From contig CAVTET010000003.1 in assembly GCA_963733675.1 (NCBI GenBank), positions 96,001 to 160,000 on the forward strand: 64,000 nucleotides of DNA, in the 5' to 3' direction. The stretch is from an uncultured Methanosarcinaceae archaeon (GTDB lineage Archaea; Halobacteriota; Methanosarcinia; Methanosarcinales; Methanosarcinaceae). The translations under genes and the position numbers were made by a program. The notes beneath the pieces are model-generated. The model did no database searches, was not told the origin of the DNA, and worked only from the letters and a program-made list of their open reading frames with translations. Positions 23,281 through 35,127 of this stretch are shown piece by piece. Position 1 is the stretch's first letter; each line of letters begins with the position of its first letter.

Positions 23281-23620
23281 AATAGGATCGACTCTGTATC
23301 CGTATTATATCAACACAAAAAAGATACAGAGTCAAATGTCAACATTGTATAATTTGTAAAAGATGATCTTGCCTATTAGAAAGGTTGAATAAGTCATCTA
23401 ATTACCTGGTTTTTAAACCTTGTAATGGAAGAAGAAGCTCTAATCCAATCGAGTGCAAAATATAGTGAAGAAGCTGATTTTCTTAAAGACCGTAGAAACA
23501 GCTGCAAACCTAGGACTCTCTGAACTAAATGTGAAAAACTCGAATTGTTAAAGCTTTAATTCCATGAGTTTCTCTTTGAAGATTAAGTATTTTAAAAAGT
23601 GTTATGGAGTTGAAAATCTT
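23257..23620 (+). mobile_element. Probable IS left end and decayed transposase start (family uncertain)
   Basis: Abrupt switch at cgtagtgtaccaaaagtt where the next PKD should start; 11-bp stem gactctgtatc/gatacagagtc at 23291-23333; broken ORF follows. Confidence 0.35.
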
Positions 23621-24282
23621 CAATAATAGTGATGGATTACCTGAAAAAGAAAATAGGATAACTGGATTTTATGGTTACTAGGAGGTCTAAAATTGGTATC
23701 AATATATAAATAAAAGTGCATTATTATAAATATTAACAAAGTTAGCTGTCTTTAAAGTATTGTTATTTGTTTAACTTATGCTATACTTATGAAAACTATT
23801 GATGTTTTGAATATAACTTCGGGTTTGAGAAGTAAACTTTGGGTTTTAAAATAAACTCAACTATAAAAAAATGGAGGCAAGAGAAATGGATCTGAGGACA
23901 TATTCTCAAAAAATTTGAAAATAATGAATATATAAAAAAATTACATGTCGAAATATCTGACCATCTCTATTTTGAATTAGAACCTAAACTAAAATCAATC
24001 TTTATCATCTTTGGTCGCTTATCACTCCGTCAATTTACCAATCGAAAATCTAGTCACTCATAATCTTTTAGGTTGTCTGCCAATTGAAAATTTGGCTTCC
24101 TATCATCGATCCAAACGAAAATAGCATCCCAGTTTAAGGGTAGTAACCATGAAAATTTGTAATTCGGATCTTCTTAAGCAGACACTCCGGATAAAAATAT
24201 TGCTCCCAATTGAAAAATGAAACAACCAAAGTAATCTCATCCAAAATCTCAGAACATTTCTAGGATTTATCAAAATGAAGGC

Positions 24283-24812
24283 AGGAAGCCCAGGGCTTTA
24301 GTAGTAGGAGAAATGCAGTCAACTTTTTTAACCAGTATTTTTGATATAATTATTTTTCAGTAATTATTTGCATTAATTGGCATATAAGTTAAATGAGTGT
24401 AATGATGATATTGAAGTTAAAAATTAAACAAGAAATAAAAAAGTAATAAACATTTAGTGTATAGTTGTTAGTACCATGTAATCTTTTGTCCAAAATACAT
24501 AAAAACATTATTTACAGGCAAGAGAGCTATAAGATTCAAAAAACTTATCTTAGAAAAAAAGAAGAATTTTATTATTAAGTTCTTACATGGAGACAATCCT
24601 TATTCATATGCATTTGCTATTAATATAGATCCAAAAATAGTAGTTATTCAGTGGTATCAAAAATAAAAGGGTATAAATCGAAGCAATTAAGATCAGAATT
24701 TCCCGAACTGAAAAAGAGGCTACCTATACTATTGACTTTATCTAAGTTCGTATCTACAATTATTCTGTAACTCTTGATGTTGTAAAAAGGATATTTAGGG
24801 TCAGGAAAGCAA
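24283..24812 (+). mobile_element. tnpA: IS200/IS605-family remnant with tnpA pseudogene
   Basis: End motif ggaagcccagggctttagt; broken frames SNKHLVYSC*YHVIFCPKY...HMHLL...VVSKIKGYKSKQLRSEFPELKKRLP...KFVST (HUH Y1 transposase). Confidence 0.8.
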
Positions 24813-25103
24813 AGAGTATCACATCGAAAATAAAACATAATAGAGGTTTTTGATTCCTTAGTCTCAAAATTTTGACATTTCTGCATCTCTTTTTGATGAA
24901 TTTAAGACAAAAATTGAAAAAAGCCTGTTTTTTCCAGAACCCACAGAAGAAAGTGTGCGAGAATTTGAAAATTTGAAAGCCGTGAGAAAAATCAAAATTT
25001 CTTCAATGGATGTCAAAAAAGCAAATGTATATAAATTCAATCCAATATTATCGAAGTCAGTGATAAAAAGCTGAGGAAAAGGATTTAAAGGAGACCATAA
25101 GCC

Positions 25104-26747
25104 TTGAAAAACACTTTTATTCTTGGAATCGAAGGCACTGCCTGGAACCTTAGTGCAGCAATCGTAAACGAAACCGAGATTATTGTTGAGGTTACAGAAA
25201 CGTATAAACCCGAAATCGGAGGAATACATCCTCGAGAAGCCGCTCAGCACCATGCAAAATATGCAGCCAGCGTGATCAAGAGACTTCTTACAAAGGCAAA
25301 AGAAAAAGGAGTCACGCCTTCGTATATTGATGGGATAGCTTTTTCACAAGGACCTGGACTGGGACCATGCTTGAGAACAGTTGCAACAGCAGCCCGAATG
25401 CTTTCCCTTTCCCTTGGAGTTCCCTTGATAGGGGTTAACCACTGCATCGCCCACATAGAAATAGGTATTTGGAAAACGCTTACAAAAGATCCTGTTATTC
25501 TCTATGTAAGCGGAGCCAATTCGCAGGTAATCTCTTATATGGGAGGAAGATACAGAATTTTTGGAGAGACTTTGGATATAGGACTTGGGAATGCCTTTGA
25601 TAAATTTGCGCGAGGAGCTGGCTTGCAGCATCCTGGAGGACCAAAGATTGAGGCATACGCAAAAAATGCAAAAAAGTATATTCCTCTGCCTTATGTTGTA
25701 AAGGGAATGGACCTTTCCTTTTCCGGGCTCGCAACGGCTTCCAGCGAAGCCCTAAAAACAACGCCCCTTGAAGACGTCTGCTATTCATATCAGGAAACTG
25801 CTTTCGCAATGGTTGTGGAAGTTGTGGAGCGCGCTCTTGCTCATACAGGAAAAAAAGAAGTGCTTCTGGCAGGAGGAGTAGGAGCAAATACAAGGCTTAG
25901 AGAGATGTTAAACGAAATGTGCAAGGCCAGAAACGCAAAATTTTATGTGCCAGAAAAATGTTTCATGGGAGATAATGGAACAATGATTGCATATACAGGT
26001 CTTCTGATGTATAAGGCAGGAAATACTCTCACACTTGAAAACTCCCGTGTAAACCCAAGTTTCAGGACTGACGATGTAAATGTTATATGGATTAGAGAAG
26101 AAGAAATGAAAAAAATCCCTGAAATTTCCTCTGGAGATTTCTCCAGAATTTCCCCAGGAAAAATGCTGGAAAACGGAGCTGAAGCTGTTGTATATCTGGA
26201 AGAAGGACCTGAAGGAAGAAAAGTGCTTGTTAAAGAAAGGATTTCAAAGGTTTACAGGCATAAAGAGATCGACGAAATTATTAGGAAGGAAAGAAACCGT
26301 ACCGAAGCTAGATTAATGTCTGAAGCCAGAAGATGTGGGATTTCGACACCTATCATTTATGATGTAGAAGATTTCAAGCTCAAAATGCAGTACATAGAAG
26401 GAGTTCCCATAAAATACCTTATCAATCCTGAAATATCTAAAAACGTGGGAAAACTTATCGGAAGACTTCATAGTTCAGGTATAGTACACGGAGACCTAAC
26501 CACCTCAAATCTCATGCTTGTAGGTAAGAAGCTTTATCTTCTGGACTTCGGACTCGCTCATTTCGATAAAGGCCTGGAAGCCAAAGGGGTGGATGTCCAT
26601 GTGCTTTTTCAGACCTATGAGAGTACACACAGCGGCCACAAAGCTCTTATCGAAGCATTCAAAACAGGGTACCAAAGTACTTTTATAGATTCAGAGGATG
26701 TACTCAAGCGAGTTGGAGAGATTAAAAAGAGAGCTCGCTATGCATAA
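25104..26747 (+). CDS. kae1: Bifunctional t6A synthesis protein Kae1-Bud32
   Basis: GIEGTAW, GGIHPREAAQHH, HCIAH, GDNG, then a kinase domain with HGDLTTSN and DFGL. Confidence 0.95.
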   Translation: MKNTFILGIEGTAWNLSAAIVNETEIIVEVTETYKPEIGGIHPREAAQHHAKYAASVIKRLLTKAKEKGVTPSYIDGIAFSQGPGLGPCLRTVATAARMLSLSLGVPLIGVNHCIAHIEIGIWKTLTKDPVILYVSGANSQVISYMGGRYRIFGETLDIGLGNAFDKFARGAGLQHPGGPKIEAYAKNAKKYIPLPYVVKGMDLSFSGLATASSEALKTTPLEDVCYSYQETAFAMVVEVVERALAHTGKKEVLLAGGVGANTRLREMLNEMCKARNAKFYVPEKCFMGDNGTMIAYTGLLMYKAGNTLTLENSRVNPSFRTDDVNVIWIREEEMKKIPEISSGDFSRISPGKMLENGAEAVVYLEEGPEGRKVLVKERISKVYRHKEIDEIIRKERNRTEARLMSEARRCGISTPIIYDVEDFKLKMQYIEGVPIKYLINPEISKNVGKLIGRLHSSGIVHGDLTTSNLMLVGKKLYLLDFGLAHFDKGLEAKGVDVHVLFQTYESTHSGHKALIEAFKTGYQSTFIDSEDVLKRVGEIKKRARYA

Positions 26748-27303
26748 GATCGTTTTCGTTACGGGAAATAAGGACAAATTTGTAGAGGTAAGGGATATTC
26801 TCAAAACTGTTGGGGTTGAAGTAATTCAGGACAAAAACGGCTATCCTGAACTTCAGGAAGATGAACTTGAACCTATTGCAGCCTATGGAGCGCAACATGC
26901 TGCAAATAAACTGAACATGCCTGTAATGGTTGATGATTCCGGAATATTCATAAAAGTCTTAAATGGCTTCCCAGGTCCATATTCTCGCTTTGTGGAAGAT
27001 AGACTCGGAAACCTGAAAGTGCTCAAACTAATGGAAAAAGAAGAAGACAGAACTGCTTACTTTAAAACAGTAATCGGATACTGCGAACCTGGGAAAGAGC
27101 CTCTTGTTTTTTCAGGCGTTGTGAAAGGGAAGATAGCGCACGAAGAGCGAGGTATAGGCGGTTTTGGATACGACCCTATTTTTGAGTATCAGGGCATTAC
27201 TTTCGGAGAACTGAGATATGACAAGAAGAACAAGATTTCACACCGTCGAATGGCCATTGATAAGTTTCTGGAATGGTTTATCAATATTGATAAAAAGACC
27301 TGA
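26740..27303 (+). CDS. XTP/dITP diphosphatase (HAM1/RdgB)
   Basis: FVTGNKDK, DDSG, GFPGPYS, GFGYDPIF, SHR. Confidence 0.95.
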   Translation: MHKIVFVTGNKDKFVEVRDILKTVGVEVIQDKNGYPELQEDELEPIAAYGAQHAANKLNMPVMVDDSGIFIKVLNGFPGPYSRFVEDRLGNLKVLKLMEKEEDRTAYFKTVIGYCEPGKEPLVFSGVVKGKIAHEERGIGGFGYDPIFEYQGITFGELRYDKKNKISHRRMAIDKFLEWFINIDKKT

Positions 27304-27559
27304 ACCTGTAGAAAAATTCCCTGCTGAAGAATCTAAATTTTTGTTCAAAGCACCTTTCATTTTCAGTAACTTAGTTTTTCCTAATATAAACCGTCATTGA
27401 TTAAAGTTTCAATATTTTAATTTTAAAAAGGCATCGACTTGCTTAGTATCTAACCCTTTCCATCCAACTGTGGACGCCGTTTTCAAATAAGTAACGGCTA
27501 CTAAAATAAACACGAGATAAACCACTGATAGGCTCAAGGTAAGGTTCTCATTCAATGGA

Positions 27560-28015
27560 CATGGGGAAAAGGTATACTAGCCTCCTAAAATTGATTGCAT
27601 AGTTGCTAAGTTTATTGGGTTTTCAAATAGGCACTACTCATCTAACTCGATTCCTTAAAACATTAATCACAGAATTTGCTGAATCGATCAATATTTGCCC
27701 ATTTGTTGGCGAAAGTATACACTGTTGATGCAGATATTTACTTCGAAAATATTCTATAGGTTATGTTGGCAGGGTTATCCAGATAATAGTAGGAGCTGTT
27801 TTTCTTATAAACTGCCGAAGGCATAGGATAGTGTCCCACAGCACCTTGACTGTAACAGTGTTATTCACTGTGTTAATTAAAGAAATATTGTTGACATAAT
27901 TTGCTACATGTACATTTTTTCCATCTGAGGTGATTGCAATTTCATTAGCTGATTTTACAGGTACCGTGGCTATAACCTTGTTAGTTTTTGTATCAATTGC
28001 CTAGACAGTAGTCGA
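27560..28015 (-). pseudogene. YVTN beta-propeller surface protein remnant
   Basis: TV*AIDTKTNKVIATVPV...IAITSDGKNVHVAN...ISLINTVNNTV fragments with stops. Confidence 0.65.
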
Positions 28016-28287
28016 TTTTATAGAATTGATCAATAACTCAAGAACATGCTCTAGGAAAGAGATATTAAAAAAGAGACGTTTTACCTGGAATAAAGACAAA
28101 AGAAATTCCAGATAAAGACAAGGTTAAACAAAAGTTTGTTTTAATTTTATTGATTTCGCTTTACTGCTGAGATTTTTGCTCCTTAATTATTAAACCACTC
28201 GATACTTCTTATTATTTATTAGTAATTTAGATTGATTGTAGCCACACAATGCTGAAAAAAGTTAAATTTTGGCGATTCCAAAAAATC

Positions 28288-29034
28288 TTAAGCAGCCATA
28301 GCAGCATTGTAACCTTTGGCCAGGTTGTCATTTACATCTACTACAGCTGCATTCGTTTTTTGATACATATAGCCTTCGAAAACTGCTGGCAGATTATCAG
28401 CATCCTTCTGCTTGGTGATGACCATACCTGCGGAGATGTATCTGCCATCAGGGATGGTTACGCCAATTGCTGCCGATTTTGGCTCAAGTACACAATTGTT
28501 TCCTACGTGCGCCTTAAAAACGAAAGTTTGCATGCCAATAAATGTATCGTTACCTATCAAAGCCGGACCGTGCACCTGAGACTGATGTGCAAGAGAAACC
28601 CTTTCTCCCACATAAACTGTGTATTTTTTACCGTCGGAACCAACAACAAGGTTATTTTCAACAGGCTTGCCTTGTTCGTCAATTGTCTCAAGGCCGTGAA
28701 TAACAACTCCATCCTGGATATTACTATCCTTACCTATGAAAATCGGCATTCCCTCGTCACCCCGGACAGATGCCATGGGAGAAACCATCACAATCTCACC
28801 GATTGTCACGACTCCTATAACCGAAGCCATGGGATGAACAAAAGCTGTGTGATCAATTACAGGACTAGTGGGCTTGGAATTCCATGGTGTCATAGCATTA
28901 GGCATGATGTTCTAAAACACAACCGGATTTGCATTTTTTTCTTTGACTCCATTAGTATGTATGCTTGCATTCACGGCAAGGGGCACTAAAAGAGCTAGAA
29001 TCAGGATTGTAAAGATTTGCTTGTTAAACTTCAT
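28288..29034 (-). CDS. cam: Gamma-class carbonic anhydrase (Cam type) with signal peptide and one in-frame TAG at 28912-28914
   Basis: MKFNKQIFTILIL signal peptide is in frame with ORF 28288..28905 through VVF*NIMPN; metal-ligand histidines in VVIHGLET and LAHQSQVHGP are intact; AGGTG RBS. Confidence 0.88.
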
Positions 29035-29557
29035 AGAAGTTACACCTACTCTTTCTTTTAAAGGAGCTATTCTACCATATTTACCCCATCATCTTTATAT
29101 ATAATCCTACCTGTTTTTGAAGAAAGCAGCTTTCAAAAAGTGTCATTCTGCGATAGGGTAGAACAAGAAGCTCTAAGAACAGTAAAAAAGAAGATTAATT
29201 GTACTTTAATTTATTGATTAGTATCTTCAACTTAAAATATTCCGTTTGTAGACATAAATATCTATGATAACATATATGAAAACTATCCTCCAGCTGGGGT
29301 GTTACGTGATTCCAGTATCAATTCTCTTGCCTTCTTAATTCTATTGGGGTTCCGTGGATGCTAGAATGAATGTTACACAGTACATGAGAAACAGTGAACT
29401 CTCAATATAAAATGTGTGGATAAATAGATTAAAAAATCTATTAATAAGTATGTATCTAGGAGAAAGCTAATCCTTGATTTTTATGAATAGATTTTAATAC
29501 ATTGAATTTTCAAAAAAAGTTGGAATTATTTATTTACTAAAATAAGTCTAAAAAACT

Positions 29558-29650
29558 TAGAGAATTTTGATAAACGTATGATTTTCACGGATCATTTATA
29601 TACCATTTATAAATAGATAACAAAATTTAGGTGTTCATCGAAATTCTCTA
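29558..29650. mobile_element. ~93-bp MITE
   Basis: IRs tagagaattttgataaac / gttcatcgaaattctcta; internal sequence is the reverse complement of 2382-2472 and 47570-47665. Confidence 0.7.
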
Positions 29651-30586
29651 GGTACTGATTGATCACTCTTGTTGATGAGAGAACAAATATGTGCACGATT
29701 GGATCAGGCACTTGAATACTCTTGTTAATCAATTGTTTTTCCTTATCCTTGTATTGCTTCATCGGATTTACTTAAAATAATTGGAACTATGCCTTTGCCA
29801 TTCCACGAATATGAACCCTGTTAGGCTAATATTCTCTATATTATTTGATTGATATTATTTCCAATAAATACTCGTACAAACATTATCTTGGTTTTTTTGT
29901 TTCGGGTTTCAGCGAAATGAACATACGTATTTCAATTAATGAAAACTTAAGTATTCATCACAATTGAAACTCGATCTTGAAAACACCAACCAAATAATCG
30001 AGGGTCATCAATTCATTGAATACTGAGTAGAATTATATATCAAAAGGTGAGGAAATTTAAACCGTCGAAGTCGTGAATTCTTAACCTGTCTTGACAGTCA
30101 ATATTTGTCGACTTTGATCAATAACTTAAAGGCATGACCTATTAACACATATTTTAGAAAATATAGAGAAAATTAATTGGCTCCTCGACTTTTACCTGTT
30201 TTGAGGTGTGTTGTATTATATTCCAAATAGTCTTTACTTACCTAACTTGATTGCTTAGAGAATAATCATATCTTTGCTGTATCAATCAGTGTCTAACCGC
30301 TTGTTGGTGAAAGCATTCCAATGTTATGCAAGGTTTCTAACTGAGAAAAGGCTAAGTTCAGTGATTGATCTAGCAGACTGCTTTTTAATGCCACTCCACA
30401 GATTACGTCATCAAAGTTACAGATAATTGTATGAGGCGCATTCGTTAAATTTATCGAAATTTAAGTGAAGTAAATTCTCAAATGAAAATATTAATTAGTT
30501 AACTGGGACACGACCCACTAAACTGAAGAAACATGAGTGAGCATTGAATTTAAATACAAAGATTCTATATGTGCGATTACTATCAA

Positions 30587-31120
30587 TTATGGCTCGCAAT
30601 TGTTACCTGCCTGGTTTACACAAGAAGGAATCCATATTCCACTATCAGTTATCAAAATATCGGAAGTTCCAATAAAAATGGAATCATGCATTTTCACATC
30701 GTTTATGGTCTGCTGAGGCACATCGTCTATTGTCACTTCACTATGAGTTATATGGATTTTCTTGCCTTCTGCATAAAAAATTCCGTTCACTGCAATGTAT
30801 CCCTCTTCTGTAATTCTAGCGTTGAAAACAACAGTATTATCTTTTTTTCTTGTAAGTGTAATACCATTTCCTTTCTTGATTTCCCCTTGTACATCAAATT
30901 TTTCATCAACTTGAATTAATACATTATTGCTGATTTTTGCTATGAGATTTGAGTTTTCAGCTCGGATTTCGGTTGTTAGGATCAAATCGTTGTCGCATTT
31001 TTCCAAAGTAATCAAGTGTATCTTGTTTCCAGTGTTCTTATTTGCCTGATATGACACTGTATAAATTTGATCTGCGTAAATGTTTGATCCAAGAATCAGC
31101 ATATATTCATCTTTAGTCAT
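30587..31120 (-). CDS. Hypothetical beta-rich protein (177 aa), intact paralog
   Basis: Intact ORF with GGTGA RBS; a same-length paralog lies at 36150-36683. Confidence 0.8.
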   Translation of the reverse strand: MTKDEYMLILGSNIYADQIYTVSYQANKNTGNKIHLITLEKCDNDLILTTEIRAENSNLIAKISNNVLIQVDEKFDVQGEIKKGNGITLTRKKDNTVVFNARITEEGYIAVNGIFYAEGKKIHITHSEVTIDDVPQQTINDVKMHDSIFIGTSDILITDSGIWIPSCVNQAGNNCEP

Positions 31121-31542
31121 GTGATTTCACCTGCGAGGTTTTATGCTCCAAGTATATAAGTCCGCTATTAATTTCTTTAATCTTCTTCACATCCTTCACA
31201 TTCTTCGCAAACTTCCTCTCCATATACAAATCGCCCGCCTGTTTCGGCAATTATTTTTCTTACCGCATCTTCGTCTATTAATATAATTTTCTTAATTGGA
31301 TTCAAGATTCTTATTTACTGCTTTAATGTACAGCTTTTTGAATATGTCTGCTTCCTCAAAATCATCCAAATTCTGTACAAAAACAAATATATCATTTGCA
31401 GTTTTTTGTTCAAATGTTTTTTTCGTTTTTGTCGTTACTTTTTCTGTTGTAACAGTAGATTCTTCTTTCCTGATTATCTGCTCTTCACGCCATTCTAGAT
31501 TGCTTTCCAGATGGGTAGAGGATCAATCCCGTTATTTTTGAT

Positions 31543-31788
31543 TTAATCTTCTCGAGTATACTCGTGCATATTGCCGTCTACGAAGAATAATTTAGCCTGG
31601 TCCGCCATCACCCTCGTTCCTGTTGATATCGTTACCGGATTAGCACAGATCTCTACACAGTGCAGAAAATCTTCTCCTCCGCCGTTTTGCTCTATCTTGA
31701 GCGGCTTTCCACAACTTGTACATACTCCGATCATTGTCTGCTCTTCTTTATTATTCACGCTTTTTCTCCTATGTTTAGAAAATTTCAA
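31543..31788 (-). CDS. Small Cys-containing hypothetical protein (zinc-finger-like)
   Basis: MIGVCTSCGKPL...HCVEICAN; start uncertain. Confidence 0.45.
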   Translation of the reverse strand: MKFSKHRRKSVNNKEEQTMIGVCTSCGKPLKIEQNGGGEDFLHCVEICANPVTISTGTRVMADQAKLFFVDGNMHEYTRED

Positions 31789-32679
31789 TTATTAAATATC
31801 GTATGTAAGATCATATATTCAAGTCACTGTCTACTTAAAACTACAATAATATAATAACTCAGCCGATTATTTCAAATTAATTATAGCGAAAATAGTTTAT
31901 GAATGAAAATTATTCTCCAATAAAATATTTTAAAATTGAACAATATTTTTATATTAATTATAATTTTATTATTTGTATAAATCTTCACAAATTTAACAGT
32001 GCGATTTTATTTCTCTTTGTAAATAAAAATATTAATTTTTAGTATTCAACTAACAAAAATATTTTAATAATATACATTATTATTTTCAAATTTAGATTAA
32101 ACTGCGTTCTAAATTCTAGCTGGAACAGATAATATACATAGTTTTGTGACAAAAACTGTCTTGAAGAATAAGTTTAGAACCTCGAATATCTTGTTAAACC
32201 GTAAAATAAAACGATAGACATAGATATAATTAATGTGTTAAAATGGTTAAAGATTGTCTTAAAATTAAATTTAATTATCCACAAGACACGCAGAAATCGT
32301 TTGAACTAATCAGGTTTTGTATACTTTCTCCGGATTGGTTGAAACTTTTTCTTTCATAAAATGTTCCATCTTGCTAGCTTCACTTTCACAAAGTTTTCTT
32401 TTTTTTCGAAATATGTATCAAGTTCGTCTTCACTCTCTTTCATATAAAAACCCCGATTATCGTCTTTATGTAATTCACGAGTCTTCTATTTTATCTGTAG
32501 ATAGGTAACAATACCCATTTTATAGCGTGTTAATGGCTAATAAATACAAAAAAGTGACCATCATGCATATTTTTGGAACAAAAATAAAATTAAGATAAAA
32601 TTGAGATATTTTGTTCCGACATTTATGAATAATCAGTTTACCAAAAATTGATCCAATTTTTCGATAAATTCCTAAAAGT

Positions 32680-33377
32680 TTATTTTTGTTTTAGGGCTAT
32701 TTCAGCGTTCTCCTTTACCAGCCTGCCTTCTGAAAAATTATATCTTACGATCTCACCGGTGGAAAACCTGACTTTTTCTATATTTTTGTCAGAAATATCT
32801 TCTATGTATTTGACTAGACCTCTCAGGCTGCTATGATGAGCGCAGACTATCACATTTGTCCCTTTTTGAATTGCAGGCAGAACTTCTTTCTTGAAATAAG
32901 GCACTGCACGCTCATAGACAACTTTTAGACTTTCTCCTTCAAGTAGACATGGCTCAAAGTCAAATTCCCAAGAAGTAAGCTTTTCGGTCCCGTATTTTTC
33001 TTCCATTTTCTGCTTTTTTTGCCCTGGAGCTTTCCATAGTAACGTTCGTTTAAAGCAGCTGTAAAGTATACTGGAATAAGACCTTTATTGAGTTTTTCGG
33101 GATAAGAATACCATTCAATTTCCCCTATCCTGCTGTCATAATTTGTCTTTTCATGGACAAGAATTCCTGTTTTTTTCTGCCCGGATAATATAACGAAAAG
33201 AGTTTCCTGTGCCCTAACAAGGTTTGAGACAAAAGCAAGATCCAATTCGATGTCTTCAAGTTTGACTGTGCAATCAAGAGCTTCTTCAATTCCTTTCCTG
33301 CTAAGCGGCACATCCATCCAGCCAACAAACCTATCACCAAGTTTCAAATCGGACTTCTCATCATAGAAGTATACCAA
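32680..33377 (-). pseudogene. gpmA: 2,3-bisphosphoglycerate-dependent phosphoglycerate mutase, frameshifted
   Basis: FVGWMDVPLS, LNERYYGKLQG, GESLKVVYERA and AHHSSLRGL split over two frames at an A-run near 33015; catalytic RHG is missing. Confidence 0.85.
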
Positions 33378-33440
33378 TAAATATTTTAGTTCAGTACTTC
33401 TTTAAAGGATTTATCGAAATCCTACATAGTCCCATTTTCT

Positions 33441-33950
33441 CTATAGATTATTGGAGATAGCTCCTAAAAGGTTGTGCTGATATTCTAGAAACTGTTGCTC
33501 TAATGATTTAAAAAGGAACGAAAACTCCTCTTTTAGTTGGATGAGAAATTCTTCATCTAATTTTGCATTATAAAGTGTTCTTACTTTAGACAGCTGGTCA
33601 ATTGATAAATTGAGCGCCCCTTTAAGATTAGCTCCCTCAAAGATAGCTTCTTCAAGGTTCGTTCCCTCAAGGTTTGCTCCTTGGAGATTAGCTTTTCTAA
33701 GGTTAGCCCCTTCAAGGTTTGCCCCTTGGAGATTAGCTCCTTTAAGATTAGCTTTTTCAAGTTTCGTCCCTATAAGGTTAGCCCCTGCAAGTATAGCCCA
33801 ATTAAGATCAGCTTCTTCCAGGTTAGTTTCTGTAAGATTAGTTTTTTCAAGGTTAATTCTTTTAAGATTAGCTCTAAAAAGGTTAATTTCTCCAAGATCA
33901 ATCATACAATAACCTCTTTCTGTTATCATGAAATCTCTTTCTGTTATCAT
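33441..33950 (-). CDS. Pentapeptide-repeat protein (possibly a 5'-truncated remnant)
   Basis: A[ND]LxG pentapeptide repeats; 21-bp tandem duplication (MITERDF MITERGY) at the start. Confidence 0.75.
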   Translation of the reverse strand: MITERDFMITERGYCMIDLGEINLFRANLKRINLEKTNLTETNLEEADLNWAILAGANLIGTKLEKANLKGANLQGANLEGANLRKANLQGANLEGTNLEEAIFEGANLKGALNLSIDQLSKVRTLYNAKLDEEFLIQLKEEFSFLFKSLEQQFLEYQHNLLGAISNNL

Positions 33951-34670
33951 GAAATTCTGACTTTATTGATTTTTTAACATAAACTTGTAGAAATAATTTA
34001 AACTGTGTATGATAGATAGGTAGCCCGATAAATGCTACTTTATGAAGAGCTGCAAAAATCTCTAAGCTTTCGCTGGACATGATCACAACTTAAAATATTG
34101 GTAGCAAAAGTGAGTGTAGGTAATTTGTTAAAAATCAAAAATTTATTGAGATTCTCTACAATTATCCCATTACTCGTACAGCCGCTCTATGTACTCATAA
34201 ATCCTATTAATCTTCCAGCTCTTCTTCACTCTTTGACTCTTTATTTGTTCACTTCAAACGACAATGTACAATATGTTCTACATTATTTTAAATTAATTAT
34301 ACGAAAAATAGCTTTTGAACGAAAAATAATCCCGCATAAAAATTTTCACAATCAAAATAGAATAAAATATTAAGAATGATTTTTTTGTCATCTACGCTGG
34401 TTTTTTAGGCCAATTAGTTTCAGATGTTCCATGAGCTCCATGAGTTAGAGATCAACGATGTTTTCTTATTACTGATGGCATTTAGGAAATTCATAGATTT
34501 TGTTACAAAAACTATACGTAAAGAATGCTATCATCAAAATTCTGCTTTTAAGATATAAATAAATGAATACTTAAATAAACCTTTTATTTTCATGAGTCAT
34601 ACATATAACATTTGTAACTCATGGACATGACAGAGAATCTGTGGAGTTTTAAATATGGAAAATTGAATAA

Positions 34671-35127
34671 ATGGAAGAATCTAGTTGAATAAAGAACATC
34701 TACCGTATTTCGCTGCAATTCTTATCATACTTCCAATGTTCTCATTGGTCGTTATAGCAGCGTTCCAAGCTATAAAGTATTTATTCTTGATGTTCGTACT
34801 CCTACAGAATACAACTACACACATATTGAAGGAGCAAAATTGATACCATTAAAAAATGTACCGTTGCATGATCCTATTAATTAATCCAATAAAGAGCTGT
34901 TGGCGTAGCATATCAAAATAATAAAGATTTGCCAAATAACGAATGTACAAAAATACTTGTCTATTGCTTGAGTGGGAAAAGAGGTGTCTTTGCAAGCCAA
35001 ATGCTTGTAGATTCTGGCTATAAGAAAATCTATAACATACACGGTGGTATCACAGCATGGGTAAATGCAGGGTATCCAGTTGTAGTTAACCCTAATTTTT
35101 AGACAGTTAATTACCCTAAGGTAATGA
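34671..35127 (+). pseudogene. Rhodanese-domain protein
   Basis: VFILDVRTPTEYNYTHIEGAKLIPL...ILVYCLSGKRGVFASQMLVDSGYKKIYNIHGGITAWVNAGYPV with stops and frameshifts. Confidence 0.8.

Noticed and set aside
24030-24225. Recurring CCAATTGAAAAT-like motif resembling CRISPR repeat ends
   Set aside because: The motif is only about 12 bp, variable and irregularly spaced, with no cas genes nearby; it fits a decayed minus-strand protein repeat (FSIG-like) better
24420-28015. Other in-frame TAG codons (IS200 tnpA, YVTN remnant) as pyrrolysine candidates
   Set aside because: These genes carry further frameshifts and stops, so they are ordinary pseudogenes
28249-28989. 246-aa + strand ORF
   Set aside because: It is antisense to cam and has no recognisable motifs
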